Source: an uncultured Clostridia bacterium (GTDB lineage: Bacteria > Bacillota > Clostridia > TANB77 > CAG-508). Taken from it: DNA of 64,000 nucleotides. Position numbers and translations under genes: made by a program. A model generated the notes under the pieces. That model did not search any database. It had not been told where the DNA came from and was given only the letters and a program-made list of their open reading frames with translations. The stretch lies in contig CALXCB010000001.1 of assembly GCA_944386695.1 (NCBI GenBank), positions 70,620-134,619 of the forward strand, written 5' to 3'. Below are positions 50,201-60,014 of this stretch, in pieces; positions within the stretch are counted from its first letter, which is position 1, and each line of letters opens with the position of its first letter.

Positions 50201-50724
50201 TCATACTTTTCCCATTTTCCACTACTTCTATAATGTACTTGCGTACCTTTATTTGTTAATTCATCTAAGTATTGTTCACTATATGGTTTAATATAATAAA
50301 TATAAAATTTATCATTAGCCATTTCTTTTTCATTCTTAGTTAAAATTATATTAAGCTCTTTCTTTCCTTCTTCTTTTAATGTTATATTAAATTTATTTTC
50401 ACTATTAACTATATTTTCATTAATAATATTCTCATTATTTATGTTTATTAAAATATTATAATTGCTTGTAGTATCAAAATCATTAATCTTTAAATTCATA
50501 TCAAAACTATCTGTATAAAATATACTATTTTCTTTAATATCTGTTGTATAAATTCCATCTCCATTTGCTATATTTTGTGGCTCTTCATTAGATTGTGATT
50601 TATTTATTAAATATTGAACTATCGAAATTAGTACTCCTAATAAAAATATTGCTATTGCTAATGTTATTAATGTTTTAATTATTCTATTATATTTTTTAAC
50701 ATATTCTTCTACCTTTTTGTTCAT
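47287..50724 (-). CDS. Large surface protein: N-terminal TM anchor, clan GH-A (TIM-barrel) glycoside hydrolase, two ~135-aa Ig-like repeats and a C-terminal type-I dockerin
   Basis: YEVLNEPN (acid/base) and ATEYGIS (nucleophile) motifs. Two repeats of the form TNQDV.AT...N...V.NNSN..TYTFNQNG.FTFE. Dockerin duplicates DINKDGDVNIKD and DCNIDGRSISIKD. Confidence 0.7.
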   Translation of the reverse strand: MNKKVEEYVKKYNRIIKTLITLAIAIFLLGVLISIVQYLINKSQSNEEPQNIANGDGIYTTDIKENSIFYTDSFDMNLKINDFDTTSNYNILININNENIINENIVNSENKFNITLKEEGKKELNIILTKNEKEMANDKFYIYYIKPYSEQYLDELTNKGTQVHYRSSGKWEKYDISLRSLKNLGVQYIRADLYYSSVVRNDGTYNFYYYDEWIKMATDNDIKILLEFNGFPSKITTDDMTEKFTTFVNETISRYPQIKNYEVLNEPNFSYKTEEELKYYSNIVGICDRLSKENQNNPYIVAGALAAIGDTNSNAVSTVEFFDKLTRNSGYKAANAYSYHPYDGSDGKEQNPNLNKMLSRYKELLNQYGGFLRNYATEYGISVYSRITEEMQAYKLIQQTVLMDKYGVDFSSIYNFWNTGTDENDKENNYGLVNNDYTPKPSYYSMKNYYQNTNGSEYIGTLDIEDGLEAHVYDKDGKPLIIAWSDNTDNTYDFTLGEMTAKDIYGKDITPDESGNIQITTSPVYLYNVGNHYFYQAISNTVTQKYDEFTSNFSGEIAKVSGLQASIDNLKQKIQDISSNSTLDETTAINLMEQHYNLGNAIIQAYKSGNLQVEYVKLSSMLDMLDDIGDSFEDLVTLSAKTRNVDLTDTLNSITNAGNLINDSDIEMVYPTKILEFSQDFYDKANYINGLEEENDIKTGLIVSKNLHSKLLANWATEFANLYVDEYIANNPVEIEYSTIDYTNQDVTATLKTNANITVTNNSNSKTYTFNQNGSFTFEYTIKGRAFTKTATVSNIDKAAPTVTGVENDKLYLDSITPQIQDENLQEVKLYKDNNEVQNYQTNTTISEDGNYKIVAIDKASNQTETTFYISRNPATISYSATDLTNQDVIATINSNFDVEVLNNSNQNTYTFNQNGEFTFEIKIKGTSLNLTATVNNIDKTPPVITGVEENKQYIDKAIPMVTDENLNEVKLYLNSYLEEGYVPGTELTEEGFYKLVVNDKAGNEVTVEFRIMEDISEEYIRKGSYIINIKNNTTLSEFDQKIDMGLDYEIVRNGNPLAENDIIATGDILRTSAGEELTLIVNGDINKDGDVNIKDIVKLRKYLLLRNNLDELELIAADCNIDGRSISIKDLIRMRLIVLERGVT
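47290..47475 (-). other. Dockerin type-I module (two Ca-binding repeats) within the 1145-aa protein
   Basis: GDINKDGDVNIKDIVKLRKYLL ... ADCNIDGRSISIKDLIRMRLIVL. Confidence 0.75.
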
Positions 50725-50732
50725 ATATACTC

Positions 50733-51905
50733 CTATTCATCATTTCTAATTAAAACCTTTTTCATTACTTTTTTCAAAACTTTCTTTATTTTTCCTTTTA
50801 CTTTTATTAGAACGCTTACTTTTGGTAAATATTTATTTGTTATAACACTGAAATCTCCATCTTTTATATTTTCTAGAAATTCATTTCTACTTTGTGGAAT
50901 CAAACATGATTTTATCATATTTGGATTATATTTTATTACATCATCTAAGTTTATTTTTTCATATATACATTTTTCTTTTATAATTTCAAATATTTTTTTT
51001 CCTTTTTCCGAATTTATAATTACTACTGATACCCCTTTATCGTCATTCATTCTTGGAATTATATTATCAATTCCCCATAAATCGCCTATAGTTATATCTG
51101 ACAATCGATTTTTCTTTTTAAATTTACAATCGTAGCAAGATTCTCTTAAACATAGATTTGATAAGAAAGCTTTCATAAATAAATCTTTATTATGTTTTTC
51201 TTTATACTCTCTATCACTATATTTAAAATATGTTTGAAAATCACTCCATCCATTATCTTTATTTCTAAAATTAATTTTTATTGGTTTGTCCTTATCTTTT
51301 TCTTCTCTATATTTTAAATACTGTCTCCATACCATAGGAGAAGGTACTCCATGGCAAATAATATCTTGTGTGTATAGTTTTTCATAATCCTTTTGCAAAT
51401 ATTTTTTTAAACCTTCTATCTGGCAGGGAGTTCCTGTAAAAAGTACATATCTACCATTATCCAAAAATTCTTTTACTTTCTTATAAGAATCCCCCATTGT
51501 GCTTTGAACATATTTTGATCCCATAAATTGATTTAAATCACTTTCTTTTTCAATATATCCATGCTCTACATCAAAATCTTTATTAAATTTAGCTCCAAAA
51601 ACTACTCCGTTTAAATCCAAAATATATTTTGCTATTAAAAAAAACATTCCACCAGATGAACTATTTTTTCTTATCTCGTCATTTTTGTTATATATCGCAT
51701 AAGTAATTGGTTGATTTTCAATTTTATCATTATTAATAATTGGACATACTTTTTTACATAATTCACAATTTATACACAACTCTGTATCTATTTTAGGAAT
51801 CTTAAATCCATTCTCATCCTCTACCATTTTTATTGCCTTCGTTGGACATATATTAAAACATGCATGACATCCACAGCATTCTTTTTTACTTTTTATCTCT
51901 ATCAT
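50733..51905 (-). CDS. 2x[4Fe-4S] / coenzyme-F420-hydrogenase-beta-like protein (stand-alone)
   Basis: CCGCHACFNICP and CINCELCKKVCP ferredoxin motifs, SSSGGMF and GTPCQIEGLKKYL..ICHGVPSP. Paralog of the central part of 11249..13711. Confidence 0.8.
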   Translation of the reverse strand: MIEIKSKKECCGCHACFNICPTKAIKMVEDENGFKIPKIDTELCINCELCKKVCPIINNDKIENQPITYAIYNKNDEIRKNSSSGGMFFLIAKYILDLNGVVFGAKFNKDFDVEHGYIEKESDLNQFMGSKYVQSTMGDSYKKVKEFLDNGRYVLFTGTPCQIEGLKKYLQKDYEKLYTQDIICHGVPSPMVWRQYLKYREEKDKDKPIKINFRNKDNGWSDFQTYFKYSDREYKEKHNKDLFMKAFLSNLCLRESCYDCKFKKKNRLSDITIGDLWGIDNIIPRMNDDKGVSVVIINSEKGKKIFEIIKEKCIYEKINLDDVIKYNPNMIKSCLIPQSRNEFLENIKDGDFSVITNKYLPKVSVLIKVKGKIKKVLKKVMKKVLIRNDE

Positions 51906-51927
51906 AAATTTCCACCACCATTTTTTA

Positions 51928-53448
51928 TTACCTTTTCAAGGCTTTTTTTATAAGTTTTTTTACTTCTATCATTTCAGTTGAATTTTTAAATATGATATAC
52001 ATTATTAAATTATATATTATAAAGCAAATTATTGCTCTAATTATAAGTGATATTATAGAACAACCTTTAACAAATGATGTACACCAATAAATAATTACAG
52101 CCATAATAATAACTATTACTGTATATTTTAATAATTTTAATAAATATTTTTTTGGACTCCTTTTAAATATTTCATCAAATAAATTATAAATAAGCCATGG
52201 AAATCCAACTATTAATGTACTTAGCACAGTTGACAAAATTACTCCATAAATTCCTATAAAATTGACTAAAATTAAATTTAATGTTAAATTAACTAAAGCT
52301 GTAATTAACGGTCTCCATCTATCTTTGTGCCAAATACCAGCTGCGTCTTTATACACATTCAATAAAGAATTTATTTCATATACATAGTAATATACACAAA
52401 AACATACCACTGCAGAAAATCCAAGTAGCAAATCTTCTCCAACCCACCATTGCATAAATGGTTGATATAAGCATAATAAAGCACAAGTACATAGACCCGC
52501 AATCCAAACTATTATAAATGTAAATTTATTCAAGTCTTGATAATTCTTTTCTTTACTTTCGACGATAATACTATTTCCTATTCCAGCTGTACACGAATTA
52601 AAAATCACTAAAACTACTGCAATAATTGCTGTTAATATGTAATAATAATTTTGATATATTGCTAACATTGTTAATCCTAAAAATGCAGATATAACAATCG
52701 AATCTGCTGAATTTACAATAACTCCTCCTATTTTAGCAGTAAATAAATCTTTTACCTTTTGATTAATCTCTTTTACCTCTTGTTTTTTCAATTTTCCTTT
52801 TGCTTCATAATTAGGATACATTTTATCTACAACTTTTGATGTTACTATATTTATGCAAATCTGATTTAGTAATAAAATTATTACATATAAATAATAATTT
52901 TTCCATATAAATATTACCATGAATTGTAATATATATTCTATGGTATTTATTATTAATGTTACTTTACTTATTACATCTATTCTTTGATGAGCATGCAATA
53001 AACTATTTTTATATGCAAATAACCAATATGATAGTACAGTTGCACTTAAATTTAATAAATATAAAACATATACATTCATCCCTTCTGGCAAATCACTTTT
53101 AATTAAATATGGCACAAATGGACAAATTATTACTCCTACTATAGCTATTGCTAATCCTATAAATCTATAATAAATTTTATACAAATTCATTAATTTACAA
53201 ATTTTCTCAGAATCATCTGATGCAATCGGCTTATACATACTAAAAATCATTGCACTTCCTACACCTAATTCAGCCATATTTAATACTTGCAAAATGGACG
53301 TAAATAAACTGTTTAATCCTAAATATTCTATTCCTAAACAATATATCATTGCTGTTCTCATTAGAAATGGTACTATAATTTGATATATTTTTAAAGCTAT
53401 TCCAAAAATAATGTTCTTAGTAGCATTCTTAGTACGTTCTATTTTCAA
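51928..53448 (-). CDS. Wzx-type oligosaccharide flippase (MOP superfamily)
   Basis: 506 aa with about 14 TM segments. Typical polysaccharide-biosynthesis-protein N-terminus. Confidence 0.8.
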   Translation of the reverse strand: MKIERTKNATKNIIFGIALKIYQIIVPFLMRTAMIYCLGIEYLGLNSLFTSILQVLNMAELGVGSAMIFSMYKPIASDDSEKICKLMNLYKIYYRFIGLAIAIVGVIICPFVPYLIKSDLPEGMNVYVLYLLNLSATVLSYWLFAYKNSLLHAHQRIDVISKVTLIINTIEYILQFMVIFIWKNYYLYVIILLLNQICINIVTSKVVDKMYPNYEAKGKLKKQEVKEINQKVKDLFTAKIGGVIVNSADSIVISAFLGLTMLAIYQNYYYILTAIIAVVLVIFNSCTAGIGNSIIVESKEKNYQDLNKFTFIIVWIAGLCTCALLCLYQPFMQWWVGEDLLLGFSAVVCFCVYYYVYEINSLLNVYKDAAGIWHKDRWRPLITALVNLTLNLILVNFIGIYGVILSTVLSTLIVGFPWLIYNLFDEIFKRSPKKYLLKLLKYTVIVIIMAVIIYWCTSFVKGCSIISLIIRAIICFIIYNLIMYIIFKNSTEMIEVKKLIKKALKR

Positions 53449-53492
53449 TCTATATACTCCTCTCTCTTCGGTTTTAAAAAATATTTATTTTC

Positions 53493-54497
53493 CTAAAATC
53501 CTAAAATTTTATTAAATCTATTTTTTGTTATTTTTTTAAATATGGATATACTAAAGTAAGAAATAAATGTCACCCAAACCAATCCTAATGATATATATAC
53601 ATAATAATTATTGATATTGAAAATTCGACTATATACTATTATAATATATGTATGAATAAAATATATCCCAAAAGACAAATCTCCCAGTTTTTCTAAGCAT
53701 TTCACATTTTTAATTTTATTTTTCAACCTAACAATAACTACTATAACATATAAGATGTATACCATATTTAGTAATCTTACTTGGCTTATTAAATAAAAAT
53801 AATTTATTCCTTTTTTATACATATAAATATTCATTAAAGATATAATACATACTAAAATTCCCCATCCTAAAAATAATGTTTTCTCAATATTATCCTTTCC
53901 CTTATCTATTTTTTCTTTATTTATTTTATAAAACAATCCTATATAATAGTAAAGAATCCATGCCAAAAATAATGTCTGGTATTGAGGAATCTTAATATTA
54001 AATTTTATATTAAATATTGCTATTATTCCAAGGTATATTGGTGTAATTATAATAACTATACTCTTCGTATATAAATTTTTGGACTGAATTATTTTTATCA
54101 AAAAAGGTGTAATTAAAATTAGTTGTACTAACACAACTATATAATATAACTGTGTTGAAGAAGTTCCCAAAACAATATGGATAACATATTTAATAATTGT
54201 ATCTTTATTCCTGATCATTTGAATTGTTGCAGCTAATATAGAAAAAATCAAAAAAGGAATACCTATACGTCTTAACCTATTTGCAACCCATTTTTTTGAG
54301 TTTTTCTTTACTTTATCTATGTTCATAAAATATCCTGACAAAAATATAAATATACCCACACAAAAATTCAAAATAGTTCTTAAAATAATATTAACACTAT
54401 TTAAAAATTCTTCTTCTTGTTTAGTCATCAGATGTATTAGTATAACTGCCAATATACAAATTCCTCTTATATCTTGAAAGTATTTATTCTTCTCCAT
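53493..54497 (-). CDS. Acyltransferase family 3 (O-acetyltransferase) membrane protein
   Basis: DIRGICILAVILIH motif and about 10 TM segments. Confidence 0.8.
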   Translation of the reverse strand: MEKNKYFQDIRGICILAVILIHLMTKQEEEFLNSVNIILRTILNFCVGIFIFLSGYFMNIDKVKKNSKKWVANRLRRIGIPFLIFSILAATIQMIRNKDTIIKYVIHIVLGTSSTQLYYIVVLVQLILITPFLIKIIQSKNLYTKSIVIIITPIYLGIIAIFNIKFNIKIPQYQTLFLAWILYYYIGLFYKINKEKIDKGKDNIEKTLFLGWGILVCIISLMNIYMYKKGINYFYLISQVRLLNMVYILYVIVVIVRLKNKIKNVKCLEKLGDLSFGIYFIHTYIIIVYSRIFNINNYYVYISLGLVWVTFISYFSISIFKKITKNRFNKILGF

Positions 54498-54512
54498 TTT
54501 ACTATGTTGCTT

Positions 54513-55568
54513 TTATTTTAATGCATTTATTATAAAATTTCTAGCTTTTTCCCTTTCTTCTTCTAATATTTTATATGCTTCTGTGTAATCATGTTGTAAA
54601 TGTTTTTCTGTTATCTTACCTTTAAATTCTCTATCCTTTAAATTAAATTTACTTATTAATGTCTCTATTCTAGAATTCATATTTTCTTCTTTATCATCTC
54701 TATTAAATACTATAAAAGGTCTATCGTACATTATTGCAAAAACACTTGAATGGAATGAATCTGTACAAACTAAAAAAGCATTCTTTTCTAAATATAAAAA
54801 TTCACTTGGTCCAGTATAATAAAATTCACTATTTTTATCTAAGATATTAATAACTTCGCAATCATTTTCTTTAGCTATGCGATTAATTTCTTTTTTTCTA
54901 TCTTCTGATAAATTTCCTAAAAAATAATTTAATATAAATTTTCGGTCTTCTTTTAATTGTTTTGGCTTTTTTAATACTTTATCCCATTTTTCTGCTTCTA
55001 ATAACATAGTCGGATCTAATAGTACTTCTATATCTTTCCTGTTTAAAATATTTTCAATAATTCTTTTTCCTGCTTCTTCTCTTACAGAAATTCTTTTAAA
55101 AGTTGCCAAATTGTCTTTAGCATATTTTTCTAGATTTTTTGGCAATTCAGATATTCCAAAACTAGCTGAAAGTGATATTTTTTGTTTATTATCTGCAAAT
55201 TTTAATAAATCTATATCTGAAAATCTCCCAAAATTAGGATTCCAAACTTGGTCGCTTCCCACTATAAAATAATCATATTTTTCTTTTAAATTCTTAGGTA
55301 TGTGATTTAAATCTATGTATTCCCTAGCAAATTTAATATTTCTATTAAATTTAATAAATGCATTATGTCTTGAAAATCTCTTGATAGGAATTGAAAAACC
55401 AATTATATTTTTTATTTTCTCTTTTATTTTGCTATTTCTTTTATTTGTTTTATTGCAAATTGTCTCCACTTCTGCTCCACATTTTTTCAAAAATTCTTGA
55501 GCCGCATAATTTTGAAGTCTATTACCGTAATTACTATTGTCATTTATTGTTATTATAGCTACTTTCAT
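54513..55568 (-). CDS. Polysaccharide pyruvyltransferase
   Basis: MKVAIITIN..NYGNRLQNYA, ..GSDQVWNP.. and ..TDSFHSSVFA motifs. Confidence 0.8.
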   Translation of the reverse strand: MKVAIITINDNSNYGNRLQNYAAQEFLKKCGAEVETICNKTNKRNSKIKEKIKNIIGFSIPIKRFSRHNAFIKFNRNIKFAREYIDLNHIPKNLKEKYDYFIVGSDQVWNPNFGRFSDIDLLKFADNKQKISLSASFGISELPKNLEKYAKDNLATFKRISVREEAGKRIIENILNRKDIEVLLDPTMLLEAEKWDKVLKKPKQLKEDRKFILNYFLGNLSEDRKKEINRIAKENDCEVINILDKNSEFYYTGPSEFLYLEKNAFLVCTDSFHSSVFAIMYDRPFIVFNRDDKEENMNSRIETLISKFNLKDREFKGKITEKHLQHDYTEAYKILEEEREKARNFIINALK

Positions 55569-55608
55569 CTTTTTACTAATTTCCTTTCTAGTACTTATTA
55601 AATTTAAA

Positions 55609-56769
55609 TTATTTGTTAAAATAATCTAAAGCATCTTGTATATATTTCTTTGATTTTCCTATGAATTCTTTTATATTTTCATCAATTTTATTATAATCTA
55701 ATTCTTCTGATTGGACTTCTATAGAATCCTTTACAATTCTATTTGATATTCCAAATAAATTTAACAAACTATATATTCTCGAACTTGTTGAAATTAATGA
55801 TTTTTTTTCAAAAACATAAAATTCTTTTCTATAAATATATGAAAAACATACAGCATGAAAAGAATCAGTCACAACATATTCTGAATACTTGATCAAACTT
55901 AAGAAGTCTTCAAAAGATATATCTAACATTTGATCATTTCCAAATTTATAATCTTCTATTCTAAAATTAAACTTATTTCCATTAACAATATATGGAACTG
56001 TAATTAGCTTTAATTTCATTTTTTTAGCAAATTTTTTTATCTGTTTACGTTGTCCAATATTATCACCTAACATATAACAAAAAATATACTTTTCTTTTAT
56101 TATTCGTCTTGAGGTTATTACTTCCCACTCATTTCTTTCTAATAATAATGTTGGATCTATTACCCAATTTATCTCTTTTTCTGTTGCCTCTTGCAATATT
56201 TTTTTACTTTGTTCTTCTCGTACAGAAATAAAATTGTATTTTTTCAACTCTTCTCTCATAAAATCTACATATCTCTGTGTGACATTTGTTACTGCTACAC
56301 TAGATGCATAGGAAAATATATTCTTATTTTTATTTTTTAAAAACGAAAAAACAAAAGCTTTATCTATAACTCCAGGATTCCATGATTGATCACTACCAGT
56401 CACAAATATATCATATTTATTCTCAATGTTTTCAATATTGTTTATATTATAAATTTCAGAATGTGGTATTTTCATTCTAAATTCTTCTAGTTTTCTTTCT
56501 CTCTCATTTAAAGATATTATATATTTTTTTCCTATTACATTTTCAATTGGGGTTTTTAATATTCTCTTTATTTTATTTGAACACCTATTTAGTATCATTT
56601 TACAGCTTTTATTTTTATCTACTAAATTTAATTTTGAACCTCCGAGTTTATACGAAATTAGTTCACTATCATACCCTAAATTCATAAAATATTTATTTAA
56701 AGCATATGCCTGAGCTATACCACCATAATTATTATTTTTATAATATAATGTTATTATTCCTATCTTCAT
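55609..56769 (-). CDS. Polysaccharide pyruvyltransferase (second copy)
   Basis: MKIGIITLYY.NNNYGGIAQAYA, ..GSDQSWNP.. and ..TDSFHAVCFS motifs. Start set to ATG 56769 with a GAAAGGA RBS. Confidence 0.8.
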   Translation of the reverse strand: MKIGIITLYYKNNNYGGIAQAYALNKYFMNLGYDSELISYKLGGSKLNLVDKNKSCKMILNRCSNKIKRILKTPIENVIGKKYIISLNERERKLEEFRMKIPHSEIYNINNIENIENKYDIFVTGSDQSWNPGVIDKAFVFSFLKNKNKNIFSYASSVAVTNVTQRYVDFMREELKKYNFISVREEQSKKILQEATEKEINWVIDPTLLLERNEWEVITSRRIIKEKYIFCYMLGDNIGQRKQIKKFAKKMKLKLITVPYIVNGNKFNFRIEDYKFGNDQMLDISFEDFLSLIKYSEYVVTDSFHAVCFSYIYRKEFYVFEKKSLISTSSRIYSLLNLFGISNRIVKDSIEVQSEELDYNKIDENIKEFIGKSKKYIQDALDYFNK

Positions 56770-56783
56770 TTTAAAAGTCCTTT

Positions 56784-57908
56784 CTATTCCCAAAAAAATT
56801 TATATGGCATTACGCCAAATAATACATCTGCCAAATTAAAAAATATATAAAAATATTTTGCCATCATTACTCCATAAATTAATACTACAATAAGTTGTTT
56901 ATTATATTTGTTTTTAGATATTGATAAACATTCTGGAAGTATTAATAGTATAAAAGGTATAAAATAATATGATAATCTTGAGATTATTGTCATTTTAATT
57001 GAAACTATAGATACTATACTGTAAAACATTGTCATAAACAAATAAAATGACTGCACTTTTTTTTGCTCTTTATCTTCTTCTTTATTTAAATAAGTAATAT
57101 AATAATATCCTAAAGCATAAATTAAAATAGCAAATAAGATTGTCGAAATAGTATTTAAATTAACATTTCCTACTCCATATGTTTCACTTTCTAAATATGT
57201 ACTATAATCTTTATTATTACTAATATTTAATTTGTCTGCAATTACAGAATATCCTGTAAGTAATGGTTTATAAATAACTAATAATAACATTATTACTATT
57301 ACTGAAATAATTAGATACTTTTTTTTGAATTCTTTTCCATATAAAAGTATAAAAATCAAGAGGCATATAATAGCAGATGCATGAATTGTTGTAGCTAGAA
57401 TAATTAATGATATAGCGACTATTTTTTTATTTTTTTTCAGAAATTCATATGCTATTAAAATAATAGCAACTGCAATTTCCTGTCGTACAATATTCATGCT
57501 CATAAAAAATAAACTTAAAAAAATAAACATTGTTGTACTAATTATTACATTCTTAGAATTTTTATATATAAACCAGCCATATATTGAATATATAAAAATA
57601 CTGGTCACAATTATCAATACTTGCACATCTTGACTTATTAAAGTTAGTAACTTACAAAAATATACATATCCTGTTTCCATCTCTATAAGAGATAAACTTT
57701 CCCATCCCATTTTTGCAATATTTTCAAATGCAGGTGCATATAGCAATTCTAAATCAATACCTATTATATACTTTCTTAATGCTGCTAAAATAGCCATAGA
57801 ACCAAAAGAAACTATTATATATATTTTTTTTCTTGTACTAGTCTTGTTTGGTTGTACTATTATTCCTAAAACAATTATCATTATAAGCATGATAATGTAC
57901 TCTGCCAT
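56784..57908 (-). CDS. EpsG-family / Wzy-like polysaccharide polymerase
   Basis: 374 aa with about 11 TM segments. EpsG-like features (MNIVRQEIAVAIIL). Confidence 0.7.
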   Translation of the reverse strand: MAEYIIMLIMIIVLGIIVQPNKTSTRKKIYIIVSFGSMAILAALRKYIIGIDLELLYAPAFENIAKMGWESLSLIEMETGYVYFCKLLTLISQDVQVLIIVTSIFIYSIYGWFIYKNSKNVIISTTMFIFLSLFFMSMNIVRQEIAVAIILIAYEFLKKNKKIVAISLIILATTIHASAIICLLIFILLYGKEFKKKYLIISVIVIMLLLVIYKPLLTGYSVIADKLNISNNKDYSTYLESETYGVGNVNLNTISTILFAILIYALGYYYITYLNKEEDKEQKKVQSFYLFMTMFYSIVSIVSIKMTIISRLSYYFIPFILLILPECLSISKNKYNKQLIVVLIYGVMMAKYFYIFFNLADVLFGVMPYKFFWE

Positions 57909-57920
57909 CTTCTCCTCCTA

Positions 57921-59015
57921 TTACTCATATATCTTAATTAAAGTTCTATCATTATTTTTCAAATTATAATTACTTTTATTTAATTTATCTACATATGCTG
58001 TTCTATTTGTTTTTTCTTTTTTTCCTTCATATATTATTTTAGCCCAATTTTTTGCATTGTTTTTCAAGTCTAAAAAATTCACTAGTTTTGTTATTTTTAT
58101 TTCTTTAGGCACTTTCGTTGATGTATATATTCTTAATCCACTACACTGAGCTTCTAAAAAAACAATTCCTAAGCCTTCATATTTAGATGGTAATAAAAAA
58201 ACATCCATTGCAGAATATAGTTTATTTAAATCATCCCTTTTTTCTAGAATTATTACATTTTTTTCTAATTCATATTTTTTTATATATGTTGTAAATTTTT
58301 CTTTTAGATTACCATTTCCAATCCAAATTAAACTTACATTTTTATTTATTTTTTTTAATTCTTTAATGATTTCTAATACAAATATTGGATTTTTTTGTGA
58401 AGTTATTCTTCCTACTGATCCTATAACAAAATTATTATCAATATTTAATTCATCTCTATATTCTTTTCTAGCATATTTATCAAATCCATATTTTTCAGTA
58501 TCAAAAGCATTTCTAACAATTTCAAACCTTCGTTTTCCAAACATTGACTTTCCTGCATGTTCTGTACAAGCAACTAAATTAGTTGACATTTTTATACACT
58601 GATAATTTAACCAATTACTAATAAATAAAAGCTTACCTAAACTTTTAGGATTATGCACATGATATATTATTTTATTTATTTTCCTTTTTTTTGCCTCTTT
58701 ACAACATACATATGCATATATATCTATTAAATTTATATGTATAATCTCATATTCTTTCGAAGTTAATATTTCATTCAAAAATCTTGCTAAAACTGTAAAT
58801 TTGTTAAATTTACTATGTTTAGGAGTAACAAATATTTCACCTTCATTTTGTTTTATTTTTTTTATAAAATTATTTTCATATATCTTGTTACTAATGCAAA
58901 GAAAATCTATATTATAGCCTTCAAAAATAATTTTATTATAATAATTCATATAAAATCTTGCAATACCATCTCCATCAGCTAAACTTGGTAAACAAACTAA
59001 AACATTTTTTTTCAT
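57921..59015 (-). CDS. GT4 glycosyltransferase
   Basis: GT-B fold with SKYEGLGIVFLEAQCSGL (E-x7-E). Confidence 0.85.
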   Translation of the reverse strand: MKKNVLVCLPSLADGDGIARFYMNYYNKIIFEGYNIDFLCISNKIYENNFIKKIKQNEGEIFVTPKHSKFNKFTVLARFLNEILTSKEYEIIHINLIDIYAYVCCKEAKKRKINKIIYHVHNPKSLGKLLFISNWLNYQCIKMSTNLVACTEHAGKSMFGKRRFEIVRNAFDTEKYGFDKYARKEYRDELNIDNNFVIGSVGRITSQKNPIFVLEIIKELKKINKNVSLIWIGNGNLKEKFTTYIKKYELEKNVIILEKRDDLNKLYSAMDVFLLPSKYEGLGIVFLEAQCSGLRIYTSTKVPKEIKITKLVNFLDLKNNAKNWAKIIYEGKKEKTNRTAYVDKLNKSNYNLKNNDRTLIKIYE

Positions 59016-59980
59016 TTTTTGTTTCTCCTACCTCTAAATACTACGTATATTTTACCTATTCGTTTTAATATTATAGTCTTTATTCTTTGCTTTTTACTCA
59101 TACATTTTAGTATATTATGATTATAATATTTTTTTATTATCTCATTACAATATTTGTAAACATCATCCTCTTCTTTCTTAAATTGTTCCAATATTATTTT
59201 ACATTTCAATGCATGAATTAATAGTGTTTTCTGAACTTCTTCTATATTTTCTATATTCATATCTTTTACTAATTCCATAATTTCTTTATATGCATACATG
59301 ACTGTAACTTCAGATAAATTAATATTAGAGTTCATACTACTACCATCTCGTTGAAAATAATGATACATCTTTTTGGTAGTATATACCGCTTTTTCTATAT
59401 TTTTTGATATATGCACATTCGCTAATAAATCTTCGCACATATATATTTCAGTATTTAATTTATAATTAAATATTTTTCTTTTATATATCTTATTCCATAA
59501 AAAACCTCTATACCAATTTTCTTTAAATAAGCCTTCTAAAAATTCTTTTTGATTTAATTCTTTTATTTCTTGTTTTTGCTCAAATTCGTCTTTTTTTGAG
59601 TTACTTTCGTATTCTAAACAATAATTACCAATTGAAATATCGGCATTATAATTTTCCAAATTTGAAATCAAATTACTATAACAATCATCATCTACCCAAT
59701 CATCTGCATCAATAAAAGTAATATACTCGCCTTTAGCTTTTTCAATCCCTACATTTCTGGAATCCGATACTCCTGTATTCTTCTTTTTTATTAAGGTTAT
59801 TCTATTATCAATATTAGCATACTTTTGACACAAACTATATGTTTTATCAGTTGATCCATCATCTATAATTATTATTTCAATATTTTTATATTGTTGTTTT
59901 ATTACTGATTCTATACATCTAGATATGTACTTTTCGCAGTTATACACCGGAATTATAATTGATAATAATTCGTCTCTCAT
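59012..59980 (-). CDS. GT2 glycosyltransferase
   Basis: SIIIPVYNCEKYI, ..IDDGSTD.. and ..IDADDW motifs. Confidence 0.88.
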   Translation of the reverse strand: MRDELLSIIIPVYNCEKYISRCIESVIKQQYKNIEIIIIDDGSTDKTYSLCQKYANIDNRITLIKKKNTGVSDSRNVGIEKAKGEYITFIDADDWVDDDCYSNLISNLENYNADISIGNYCLEYESNSKKDEFEQKQEIKELNQKEFLEGLFKENWYRGFLWNKIYKRKIFNYKLNTEIYMCEDLLANVHISKNIEKAVYTTKKMYHYFQRDGSSMNSNINLSEVTVMYAYKEIMELVKDMNIENIEEVQKTLLIHALKCKIILEQFKKEEDDVYKYCNEIIKKYYNHNILKCMSKKQRIKTIILKRIGKIYVVFRGRRNKK

Positions 59981-60014
59981 CTTATCTTACCCTCACCTAA
60001 AAATAATCCATTAT

